DNA from: Octopus bimaculoides | Lineage: Eukaryota | NCBI RefSeq assembly: GCF_001194135.2 | Contig: NC_068981.1 | Location: 137,366,761-137,430,760 of the forward strand | Reading direction: 5' to 3' | DNA: 64,000 nt | Shown here: piece by piece, positions 12,196 through 23,700 of the stretch | How positions within the stretch are numbered: position 1 is the first letter of the stretch | Layout: every line of letters starts with the position of its first letter | The notes under the pieces: model-generated | Databases searched by the model: none | Seen by the model: the letters and a program-made list of their open reading frames with translations, nothing else | Told to the model about the DNA's origin: nothing | Position numbers and translations under genes: made by a program

Positions 12196-12420
12196 AAGCC
12201 GGCGAGCTAACAGAATAGCTAGAACATCGGGAAAATGTCTTGCACTATTAGTTCAGGCCCTTTACATTTTCAGTTCAGTTAGTTCAGATCTCAGCGACCA
12301 ACTTTGCCTTTCATCCTTTTGGGGTCGATAAAATAAAGCGTCAATCAATTCAAGAACTGGAGTCGATGGCATCGACTAATACCCTCCCCTCAAAATCGTT
12401 GGCTTCGTGCCTAATTCAGG
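12196..12420 (+). mobile_element. CORE-type SINE family B
   Basis: GGCGAGCTAACAGAAT...TTTGCCTTTCATCCTTTTGGGGTCGATAAAAT. Confidence 0.75.
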
Positions 12421-14609
12421 TAAGTATTATTATATATATAAAAACCAAGTTGACTGATGTAGTCAGCATTGTTCATGTAACGTTTCATTTATCTATCTTA
12501 CTGTGACATAATCAATTGACCTCTTTTTGCTGGCCTTAAACTTCACTGTATTTCAGCATTTTTATTTTCAAATGTTATATGTTAAGAAGATTAAGCTGGA
12601 GTGATTTTCGCGATAAGAAATAAATGTCTTTTGCTTTTGATTGCAAAGTGCTTTTGTTATAAGTTATGGAAAAGTTTTCTAAAGTGGGAAGGAAAAGACT
12701 AAGCAAAATTTAAGAATAGCTAGTTGCAGGTTTTTCTTCCTTTTGATTTTCAAACACGATTTCATAATAATCGATATTTCAGAATTTGAAGTTTTGCAAT
12801 TGAAAGAAGGAAAAATATTCACTTGTATGCGCAGTTTTTCACAATGCAGCGATTGCATCCAATAAAATGTTCCTAACTGCTATTGTAGAATAGTAAGACT
12901 TAAAATGATCCGTGCCATGGAGTAATTAATTACAACATTTTATTATTAATATTAAATATTTTTTCAATATATTTTATTCATTAAAATGTTATTGCTCAGT
13001 GTTAAATTATTTACAAAACCAACACAATGATTTACTGATTTTGTTTGGCTAAAATCACCTACTAAATTATCACCATTTTAGTATAATGTTTTAAAAATAT
13101 AGTATGAATAATCACAGCGTGGATTTCAAAGTATATTATTAAGGAATGGTTGTGTGGTTAAGATGTTTGTGCGTAGCACGTTAGGCAAGTGTCTTCTCCT
13201 ATAGCCTCTAGGCAGATCAAGACACTGAGGGAATTTAGTACGGAAACTTCACAGAAGCTACCTATCTATCTGTATAGGCATACAGATGGATAGGTGGTTT
13301 GTCTGTCTGTGCTTGTGCTTCTGTTTGTCGTTGTTTCTTGACAACCTGTGTTTGTTTATTTGAATATTTGTGCGTTAGCAGTGCGGCAAAAATAAAAATA
13401 AAAGATTGTTAATATAAGTAGTACCAGACTTTAAAATAAGTAATGGGTTCTTTGAAAGTATCATACAATTGCCGCAAGGTTTTTGCTGGTTTTCCGCACT
13501 TGAAAAAACAGAACAATCAAGTATGAATTTCTTTTATTAAATGTACTTATACGACATCTAGTAGTTCAGCCATCGGCTTGAGTTATTTTTCTTTTTGAGA
13601 TTCACTTACAAAACTAGAATTTACGTCTGCTGCTGAGATATTTCTGTGGGCTTTTTTAACACTATATATCCAAAAGCGATACTTTCTCCAGATGAATACT
13701 GCAGTTTAGAAGGCTTTCAACAGTATGCACGCTTTAAGTATGATATACAGATCGTTAGGATTTTGTTTTGCAAAAAATATATCACCATTTGAGATGGTTA
13801 ATTTGCCTAGTTACTATGAATAATTTACACTACAAGTCTAAAATAGTATTATACACATTATAAGTGAAGTCGTAACGAGTTTACTACATAGTAAAACTCG
13901 CTCCTCTCAACCTTATGTCTAAATATTTCTCTCTAATCTGTATTATGGGCTCCTATAATCTGTCTAATCTATTTGTTTTATCTGTCAGTTTAATCGGTTT
14001 GTTTTTAATATCCTTCACATATCTTAACTATAAATGTTTGACCGTTAAGTGCAATCTGCTTAAGTCGTCTGTTAGACTTGTCAATTTTAATGGTTTTTTA
14101 AATACTACTTATCTATCTGAAAAGGCTATTAATTACAGACAGCCATAAGACACACGAAGAAAGCACGAACATCGCAGTCGACCTTCCTATCTGAATCTTA
14201 GCTACGATTACCATTTTTTAATGTTTTGCTTTGTTTTTTCGTTTTTATAAGATACGTTTTAGTCAGGAGGGCAGTGATTCGTTGCAGGGACTCAAACAGG
14301 GACACGTGGGAGGGAGAAAACAAGATTTCCTCTAGCAAGAGGCCTGACCTGAATGCTTACAACAGACTGGACTCCGCTAAAGATATCCAAGGTATCAGCG
14401 GGGTGTGTTTAACCACGATGCAATTTGAAATCAGAGCACAAAGTGCCGAACAAATATCGCAAGATATCCTGTCCAAACTTTTTACACTTCTACGAATGCA
14501 CCATCATGAAATGATACATTTTAAAATCAAGCTGGAACGTCAAAGTAGCCAAAGAATTTAATTATTTGGTAAATATGGGCGGAAATACTGGGTGCATGTA
14601 TGGCTGTGT

Positions 14610-14770
14610 GGTCAAGCTTGGTTTGCAATCATGGATTCGGGTTCAGTCTCATTGCATGGCTCCTTGGGCAAGGGTCTTCTATTATAGTCCGGCGTCGTCC
14701 AATCTTTTCTGAGAGAATTTATTTGACGGAAACTGTGTGGAAGCCCATGGCATATATATATGTATATATA

Positions 14771-14809
<39 letters not shown>

Positions 14810-14962
14810 TCTTTTACTTGTTTCACTTTCCGTCTACCAAATCCACTGACAAGGCTTTGGTCGACCCGAGGCTATAGTAGAAGGTGCCACGCAGTGGGAC
14901 TGAACCCGGAACCATGTGGTTTGTAAGCAAGCTACTTACCACACAGCCACTCCTACGCCTAT
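14610..14962. mobile_element. Two SINE A head fragments in opposite orientation, joined by (TA)n
   Basis: Plus-strand head at about 14610-14760; minus-strand head at about 14806-14962 ending CACAGCCACTCCTACGCCTAT. Confidence 0.7.
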
Positions 14963-14973
14963 GTATATATATG

Positions 14974-15024
<51 letters not shown>

Positions 15025-15076
15025 GTATGTATATATATATATAGATATACATATACATATATATATATATAGATAG

Positions 15077-15114
<38 letters not shown>

Positions 15115-15118
15115 ATAT

Positions 15119-15730
15119 ATCAGGTCATCCCATAAGTTCTGTCCGATTTTGCCTTTTTTAAAATTGAATGAAATTTAATAGTATTTTAGAATGTCTAATG
15201 GAATTAAAAATTATTTTTATGCATTTGTGTACATTTAAACTAATTAAATACTATTTTACAGAATAATAGAATAAAAATTTCTTTGATTAAAACCCTTTCA
15301 AACATGGGAGTATCCAAAGAGCATTTAAGGCACATAATGCTTTATGAGTACAAAAAAGGAAACTCTGCAGCCGAAGCGACTCGAAACATACACTCAGTTT
15401 ATGGGAAAGAATGCTTGAATGAAAGAACTTGCAGAAGGTGGTTTGCAAAATTCAGAAGTGGAGATTTCAGCCTTGAAGATGAAGATCGAACAGGACGTCC
15501 AGTTGAGTTTGATGATAACCTCCTTGAAGCATTACTTGAAGAAAATGCTGCGTTATCAGTTGAAGAATTGGCAATAAAGCTTAGTTCAAACATTACAACT
15601 GCTCATCGTCATCTTCAACAAATTGGAAAGATTCCTAAACTTGGAAAATGGGTGCCTCATTAATTGTCCGAAAGCAACCGCAAAACCCGAGTTGACATCT
15701 GCTCTTCTCTCCATTCTCACAAACTCTTTT
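15119..15730 (+). mobile_element. mariner transposon, 5' part (TIR plus N-terminal transposase), truncated
   Basis: MGVSKEHLRHIMLYEYKKGNSAAEATRNI...RRWFAKFRSGDFSLEDEDRTGRP...GKWVPH: mariner HTH domain and WVPHEL motif; internal stop after WVPH. Confidence 0.92.
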
Positions 15731-15945
15731 CCCATGGCCACTCCCGAGACCTGGTAAAAATCACCCAAGAACAAGAAGCAGTTAAGTGAGAGGACAAGTT
15801 CGGCCAGACGAAGGAGTGTGGATGTGTCAGGCTGGAGGTTAAAGTCAAGAAAATGATGGAGTGCACGCAGCTCCTTGTGGTGTGGGATCACCGTGTATAG
15901 GCTTTTTATGTCAAGAGTGAAGAGGAGTGTAGAGGGGCCAGGAGA
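15731..15945 (-). mobile_element. Penelope-like reverse transcriptase fragment
   Basis: LFTLDIKSLYTVIPH...LLRLAELVLSLNCF...QVSGVAMG, typical Penelope RT motifs. Confidence 0.88.
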
Positions 15946-17089
15946 TGTATATGTATGTGTATATATATGCATATATATGTATATATATATGTATATACAT
16001 ATATATATATATATATATANNNNNNNNNNNNNNNNNNNNNNNNNNNNNNNNNNNNNNNNNNNNNNNNNNNNNNNNNNNNNNNNNNNNNNNNNNNNNNNNN
16101 NNNNNNNNNNNNNNNNNNNNNNNNNNNNNNNNNNNNNNNNNNNNNNNNNNNNNNNNNNNNNNNNNNNNNNNNNNNNNNNNNNNNNNNNNNNNNNNNNNNN
16201 NNNNNNNNNNNNNNNNNNNNNNNNNNNNNNNNNNNNNNNNNNNNNNNNNNNNNNNNNNNNNNNNNNNNNNNNNNNNNNNNNNNNNNNNNNNNNNNNNNNN
16301 NNNNNNNNNNNNNNNNNNNNNNNNNNNNNNNNNNNNNNNNNNNNNNNNNNNNNNNNNNNNNNNNNNNNNNNNNNNNNNNNNNNNNNNNNNNNNNNNNNNN
16401 NNNNNNNNNNNNNNNNNNNNNNNNNNNNNNNNNNNNNNNNNNNNNNNNNNNNNNNNNNNNNNNNNNNNNNNNNNNNNNNNNNNNNNNNNNNNNNNNNNNN
16501 NNNNNNNNNNNNNNNNNNNNNNNNNNNNNNNNNNNNNNNNNNNNNNNNNNNNNNNNNNNNNNNNNNNNNNNNNNNNNNNNNNNNNNNNNNNNNNNNNNNN
16601 NNNNNNNNNNNNNNNNNNNNNNNNNNNNNNNNNNNNNNNNNNNNNNNNNNNNNNNNNNNNNNNNNNNNNNNNNNNNNNNNNNNNNNNNNNNNNNNNNNNN
16701 NNNNNNNNNNNNNNNNNNNNNATATATATATATATATAGTGTGCTTGTAATTTTTTATTTTTTATTTTGCGTTCACCAAGAAGTGAGAAACACGGAAACG
16801 CCTTCATTTATGCAGGCAATATACAAACAGCTGTAAATTTAGGCTACTTTGTTGAAAATATAACTACTTTTCAATGAAAAATACGTTAAAATAATTTGAG
16901 AAACCGAACAAATCAATATAACCGACTGACCCAATTAATATAAACTAGACCTATACATACAAAAATAAATAATAAACATAGTTTCCATACCTCAGATTTT
17001 GTTACTATTGATTATTCAATGAATATCTGATATAAAGACTAGAAAATAGAAGATAGGTGATATTACATCTGATGTGTTTCTACGTGCAC

Positions 17090-17690
17090 AAAATAGATGG
17101 CAAAAATCAGATAGATTCAGCATTTTTTATTCTACCAGAAATTTTGGGTTACTTATGCAAGTGTTCCATTAACTTTATTTCTTCACAACTTTCAGAAAAA
17201 TGGGTGTTTTTAAATAATATTTTGTACAAATTACCTTTCAAACGGTGTAAATTACGACTGTATCAGAATTTAATGTGAAGGATTAGTAAAAAAAGAATAC
17301 TGGTGGGTGTTCACACATATATACTGATACACGTCACATGGTTGTTTTCAAAATTTCAAGTTTCATTTTGCAGATATATATGGGATCTGTGTCAGTGTGT
17401 GTGAATCACACCCTCCAAGTATCCGTTACACCACCAAATCACACCCACCAGGTATCCTTTTCACATTAACTTCCTATTTAATGGTAATCTCTACCATCTG
17501 AAAGGTATATGTAGAAAACTTCATTTAAAGATACCCATTTTTCTGAAAGTTGTGAGGAAACAAAGTCTATTCGTCTAAATTTTCTGAAGCACTTGTTCGC
17601 TCCTCCAAAAGATTTTGCAGAACAGATTCCAATATTGTTGGAATCTATACCACCTGGAAGATATTTGTAGAAAATTTCATAAAAAATATC
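17090..17690. mobile_element. Foldback/MITE-like element with long imperfect inverted arms
   Basis: Perfect 23-bp inverted match 17183-17205 / 17533-17555 inside about 170-bp diverged arms. Confidence 0.55.
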
Positions 17691-17701
17691 CATTTTTTTT
17701 T

Positions 17702-18380
17702 TGTAAATAAATATATTATCGCACTCATGTATATACATTTAAACCGAATCAAAGAAAATTAAAGGGAAGAATTTTAGAGGTAAAATTGTCAGGAGTGGAA
17801 GAGGGAGAGAAAATCTAGGAGTGGTAGTAAGGTGAATTTGTTAGAAAAGGAGAAAGAGGGGGAGGTGGGAGATACAATTTCTGGTCAGTAGGAGAATATA
17901 GTAGTTCTAGGTAAATTGGTGGTTTATCGCTTAACATTAAAATTGTACACAAGTATATTCACGCGCGCGAGTATATTTTTCCAATGCACCTGTAGTATTC
18001 TATAGGTACGCACGCGTACGCGCCACTATATTCTCATGTTCAGAGAGGGAGATGTAGGGAGTTCACAAGATTAAAAAAATATATAATGGTAGAAAAATTT
18101 TCTGTTATACATGGAAGAGCTTCAAGTGAGGGCGGAGGAATAGCTAGGGAATAATGGGCTATTTTTTGTACTTTGAGAATGTGTTACATAATCGGTGTTT
18201 ACAATTAAAAATTAGATGGTTCCGTTCATTCAGACAGTTGGTGGATTGCATAACAGAAAAGACTTCCGTGGTGCATAGATCGTAATTGTTGTTATAACCG
18301 TTGTAGGGTTTGGCATGGGTAGCTATGGACCATTTAAAATTATGTGGGTGGTGGTGCTGCACAAGTCGATGTATATATAA
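17702..18380 (-). mobile_element. Penelope-like element remnant: endonuclease C-terminus and terminal repeat
   Basis: NFKWSIATHAKPYN...YDLCTTE...LNERNHLIFNCKH resembles the C-terminus of invertebrate Penelope GIY-YIG ORFs. Confidence 0.55.
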
Positions 18381-18629
18381 TTGGAATTTTCAGTTGATAC
18401 CGTGCATTTTTATACAGTACTTTTTGTGAGGCATCTATTATTTAAGGGACAGGAGGTGGGGCGTCTACAGCTGCTTAGGATTCTAGAAGGTGCTAAAGTG
18501 GAATTTGCGGAGTTATTATTATCTAGGGTTAACCTGGTTAACCCTAGATAATAATTAACTCTGGTTAATTCATTATCCACCGCGGCGTTGCGATTGGTAT
18601 TTTTTCAGAGTGGCGAGGGAGTTGTCTAG

Positions 18630-18673
<44 letters not shown>

Positions 18674-20784
18674 NNNNNNNNNNNNNNNNNNNNNNNNNNN
18701 NNNNNNNNNNNNNNNNNNNNNNNNNNNNNNNNNNNNNNNNNNNNNNNNNNNNNNNNNNNNNNNNNNNNNNNNNNNNNNNNNNNNNNNNNNNNNNNNNNNN
18801 NNNNNNNNNNNNNNNNNNNNNNNNNNNNNNNNNNNNNNNNNNNNNNNNNNNNNNNNNNNNNNNNNNNNNNNNNNNNNNNNNNNNNNNNNNNNNNNNNNNN
18901 NNNNNNNNNNNNNNNNNNNNNNNNNNNNNNNNNNNNNNNNNNNNNNNNNNNNNNNNNNNNNNNNNNNNNNNNNNNNNNNNNNNNNNNNNNNNNNNNNNNN
19001 NNNNNNNNNNNNNNNNNNNNNNNNNNNNNNNNNNNNNNNNNNNNNNNNNNNNNNNNNNNNNNNNNNNATATATACATACATACATACATACATACATGAA
19101 AATGGGTCATCACATGTCAAGAAGTATAAAGATAAGAAAGATTGCAAATGCCCTTTTCAGACATTACGTTATGATCCGTTAGGTCGTTATCTGTTATCTT
19201 ATTCCTGCATATGCATATGCTCTCAGACTAAATTCAGATTTTAATAACTCCTCTTAAACATTATTTAAATATATTATATTTTTATCATGGCACCACCCGT
19301 CACTCGTCCTAGATGGAAGAAGTGGCGGGTAGGTAGGTAGAGGTTGGTGGAAAATTATTCTCAAACCGGAAACTAGTCCCGAATGCTTGCAACTGAGTGA
19401 AATCTGCTAAAAGCACTCAACGATTGGTGTAAAGCCGAGTGATGAATTAAGTTTTCCGTCATAAAACCGAACAAAAGACTTATTTAGAAATACATTTTAT
19501 GATCATGGACATAAAGAATTGACTGAAGATTTTTTTCATTGTTGCAAAGATGTCTAAGAGAGTTTTACTGATAAATCGTCAGAAAATCACTGATCGCTTA
19601 TTCAGTCCAAGAATGAAAACCAGTATCGACTTCGGTTTGATTGAATATGGAAACGCTTGCATTATAATAATAAAGCAATATAATAATTATGATAAGGCAA
19701 TAATAAATCGATAATAAATGAAATGTAGGTTTCTAAACTTTGTATTAAACTAAACTACCCGTGACCCGTTTGGTCACTGACGGTTCATGTTATAAAACAT
19801 TGAAGCTGATTTCAACTTTGTATTGAAATGAAAGTTAATTTTAGGATGATTCAGTTAAATATTTCAATTCGTTCGTGTCAGCATAGGTTTGGTTTACAAG
19901 TTCATGTTTAAGGTTTTACTGATTATTTACAACATCTAATGGAAATAAAACTTCCAGGATAAACCTGAACTCCTGTAACAGCACTTATTAATGGTATATG
20001 TGCACGCTTCTACAAAAAGAGCAAAAGGAATTGTCATATAACGAAAACATACGATTAATGGAAACAATTCTCACAGTATTATATATTCCCATTTTAGGGT
20101 TATGCTACTTTCGGAGTATTTTCCCATTATGCGCCGTTTTGACTATTTATGAAGGTACCCCAAAAAAACCGCGTATCTTGGGAATCCATCGTCCGATTTA
20201 CGCAAAACTTGTTTGTATTCACATTTCAGGGATACCTTTAATTTCAAAGTATTTCCCCATTACGCGCCGGTTTGACTGTATCAAATTACAGACAAGCACG
20301 CAAGCAAGCAAGCAATGACAGATTTAGTAGTTTACAGATTATATTTTATTATGTTTACCATATTGAGCAAATAAAAAAATCCTGACAAGAAAAAAGGTTG
20401 TCATATTTCCATGAGTCTCTCGAGTAAATGAAGGTCAAGGAAGGTCATTCAATTTCCTGTTAGTTTTCATTTTCGTTTCTTTATCACTTAGTCAAAGGAA
20501 GAAACGCAGCTCCCGCAATAGGTTTCTGAGTCGCTCGAGACTTTTGAGAAGTTATCGTCCGACTGGACCTCTTGTCTGACTTCCTATAACACAGTGGACT
20601 CTTATAAAGGTAGCCAAGGGCCTCCATACAGTTTCTCTTACCCATAATTTTACTCAACTTTAGTTGACCTGAGGCTATACAGAAGGGGAATGAACTTAAA
20701 ACCCACGTAATTGCAAAACGAACTTCGAAATCATGCAGCTATGTTCGTTAGCTACGTTGGTGACGTCTTTCTTAACAGACTCTA

Positions 20785-20980
20785 GGGCGGTAAGCTGGCA
20801 GACTCGTTAGCAGCATTTATTTCGGCTCTTTATGTTCTGAATTTAAATCTCGCGGATGTCATCTTTACCTTTCACTCTTTTGAGGTCGATAAAATAAGTA
20901 GCAGTTGAACATTGAGGTAGTTTTAATCGACTTACTCCTTCCCTCAAAATAGCTGGCCTTGTGGCAAAATTAGAAAGAAT
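20785..20980 (+). mobile_element. CORE-type SINE family B
   Basis: GGCGGTAAGCTGGCAGACTCGTTAG...CTTTCACTCTTTTGAGGTCGATAAAATAAGTAGCAG. Confidence 0.75.
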
Positions 20981-21781
20981 TTATTAACTACTTCTTCACA
21001 GAGATGTACTTTTTCCACATATAACTTTAGATCTAGATATCCCTAAATAGATGGGGATGTTCACGACTGGAATGGCTTTGATCATAGGTCTGCTCAGTTA
21101 GCGCTGAGATAGAACAACATTAAGCTCTAACTGTATAAGCAACGAGTGAACTATTTCGATGATATTTTAAAATAAAACAAAACAGATTTACATTATTTTA
21201 ATCTTTTTAAAATGTTGTCTGTTTTCAAAAACCGCTTTCGGTTTAAAATGATCAGGTGTTTCACGAGAAAACATTGTTAACGGCATATGTAATGTCAATT
21301 AATATTTTAATAGTTGAATATTATTTTAGAAGTTTAATACTCCACTTTGTCAAAATAACTGTTAGAAAAGTACAATATCTATAATCAAATTAAATGCTGA
21401 ATACGAAATTCAACTTCAGATACATTGAACATTTGGTTCGTCAAACGTTATGTAAAGTTCAAATGAAACATGCAGCACAGGAACAATTAGCATGAGTCAG
21501 CAAACGTAACATTTTAATTCCTAATGGGTGTATTTTAAAGAACTGATCTTCGGGACTCCTTAAAAGGTCACAGTGGTGGATAGGGGCTTGCGGGGCCAAA
21601 AGCAGAGCCCGTTCCCCACTTCATTGTTTTTGTAATTTGTATTGTTATTTCATCCGATTTTTAGTATCATTAATTTTTATTCGATTTATCGTATTCATGT
21701 GTTTTTCATCCTGGCCCCTTACTTTTGTATCGTCCCCTCTGTGTTTGACCCCCTGTTGATAATAGTACAATAATACTTTCA

Positions 21782-22152
21782 TTTTTACCTCCACCTTCGC
21801 TAAGGCGGAGGTATTGTTTTCAGTCGTGTTTGTTTGTTTGTCCACGGGCAAGATATCTCAAGAACCACCGGATGGATTCGGATGAAACTTTCAGGGACGT
21901 TTGGCATCGTGACTAGCACGAACTGATTAGATTTTGGGATCGATCGGGACCGGACAAGGATTCTGGATTATTTTTCCTTTTTTTTTTTTTACTTAATCTT
22001 TGAGAGTGGTCGGGTTCATTCTTAGTATTCTCGTTTGTCAGAGCAGCCGAGTTTATTTCAGATATACACATTTTAAAAATCATCTCTGGCTAAGTGTTGA
22101 GAGGACGTTGGTGTTGCTTTGGCGGAGGTTTGCCCTTTCTGAGTGCTCTTGT
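21782..22152 (+). mobile_element. Helentron-associated non-autonomous element (HINE/DINE-1-like)
   Basis: 5' subTIR ACCTCCACC with nearby inverted copy GGCGGAGGT (21804), (GTTT)n microsatellite, 3' subTIR GGCGGAGGT (22121), degenerate 3' stem-loop, T-rich flanks. Confidence 0.65.
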
Positions 22153-22189
22153 TTTGTTTTATTTTCAATATGATTTATTTTTATTGTTT

Positions 22190-22565
22190 ATTCGTTTCAC
22201 TTCTTTTATTGCGGCCATGCTCGGGCATGTAAAGTTTAGCCGAAGAGATCGACCCCAGTATTTATTTTATTAAGTCTAGTGCTTATTCTATCGGTTACTT
22301 TTGTCGAACTACTGGTTATGTATAAGTAAACAAATCAGTATTGTCAAGCGATGGAGGCGGAAGTGACAAACACATAGACGAAGACATATACATATATAAA
22401 TATAAACGACGAATTTCATCGTAGTTTCCGTCTACCAATTCTCTCACAAGGGTTTAGTTGGCCCAGGTCCATTGTAGAAGAAACTTGCCTGAGATGTCAC
22501 CCAGTGGGACCGAAACCACGTGATTCTAAAGAGAGATTTTTAATCATACAGCCTTGGTTGCACCT
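22190..22565 (-). mobile_element. SINE family A, old degenerate copy
   Basis: GCGGCCATGCTCGGGCA...GTTTCCGTCTACCAA...CCCAGTGGGAC. Confidence 0.65.
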
Positions 22566-23206
22566 ATTAAATATGTTTTTCTGAAGAGTATTACTTTCAA
22601 AATACAAATACAAATTTAAGATCTCGGTAATGTTTAGTACAAATAATTGATTGTTGCTTTTCCATAACCCTGGAATACTTTAATTTATATATGGATGTAC
22701 AAGAGAGAAATAAAAGTTACATAATCTTTTTCTTTTTCTCCCTCCTAGGAAGAAATAAAGGTAGAAGTAGAAGGTAATATAATCTTTATTTCTCCCTACT
22801 ACAGTCGTACATAAAGAAATTTCTGCATAACTACACAAGTCTACCTCTCCACTTGCTGCCGTCGCCACTCCACCGATTTTGCTTCCTGACAAGTTCACCT
22901 TACTACCACTCCTAGATTTTCTCTCCCTCTTCCACTCCTGACAATATTACCTCTAGAATTCTTCCCTTTAATTTTCTTTGATTCGGTTTAAATGTATATA
23001 CATGAGTGCGACAATATATTTACTTACAGTTGACATAGTAAATGAGCCCCAGCCTTATATTCACAAAGCTTCAATCTAACCAAAATTCCCCCCTTTTCCC
23101 CCTCACCTTTTCTTTATTCTTATTTTTTTTCTTAACAGCTTTAGACATCTTCCCACTCCCATATCCTATTTCTTCATGCATGTTTTTCTTCATTTAACTA
23201 AGGTAT

Positions 23207-23297
23207 CTTCAGCCTGATGAGTAGCTAGTGGGGTACTCCTCGTTGAGTAATTATCACCTCCGAGGTTCTGCTAGCTAGGAAACACATGTAGCCTGGA
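23207..23297 (+). ncRNA. Degenerate type I hammerhead-like motif with extended stem II
   Basis: TTCAGC-CTGATGA-G-TAGCTAG...CTAGCTA-G-GAAAC-ACAT-GTA-GCCTGGA. ACATGT palindrome and GUA triplet are present; there is a G.G mismatch at the base of stem II. Confidence 0.4.
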
Positions 23298-23529
23298 TTT
23301 TACCTATCCATTCCTTCAATTTAGTTATATATATATACATACACACACGCGCATACATAAGCAAGGAGAATGGAGTGGGCAACACATTTTACCGCATAAT
23401 TCTACAATTGTTTCATTGACGCTTTACCAGAAGTTTATTGCAGAGATATTATTATATAATATACAAAATAATACATTGTATCAGTATTATTTCGACAACA
23501 CTAGAAAACGTCAACTTCTCAGGTGTATA

Positions 23530-23700
23530 CATACACCAGCTTGCTCCAGTCTCCTTGTTAATATTCATATAATCACCACAGATACTCACTGATTTTCCGA
23601 CATATCTTCAGTAAAACAATCTGTTTTCGCTGTAAACTCTATCTGATAATCGATACCCGAACACTGGCTTTCTTAAGCAAACTGCAAGATGAACATCCAA
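23530..23700 (-). mobile_element. Gypsy-type LTR reverse transcriptase trace
   Basis: GKSVSICGDYMNIN resembles the Gypsy RT motif G.VRICGDY..TVN. Confidence 0.3.

Noticed and set aside
13610-13698. Minus-strand 89-bp exon-like segment (FIWRKYRFWIYSVKKAHRNISAADVNSSF, GTAAGT donor)
   Set aside because: Weak acceptor, no recognisable homology, and no linking exons of compatible phase identified.
14226-14561. 111-aa plus-strand ORF
   Set aside because: No recognisable domain; length is within chance expectation.
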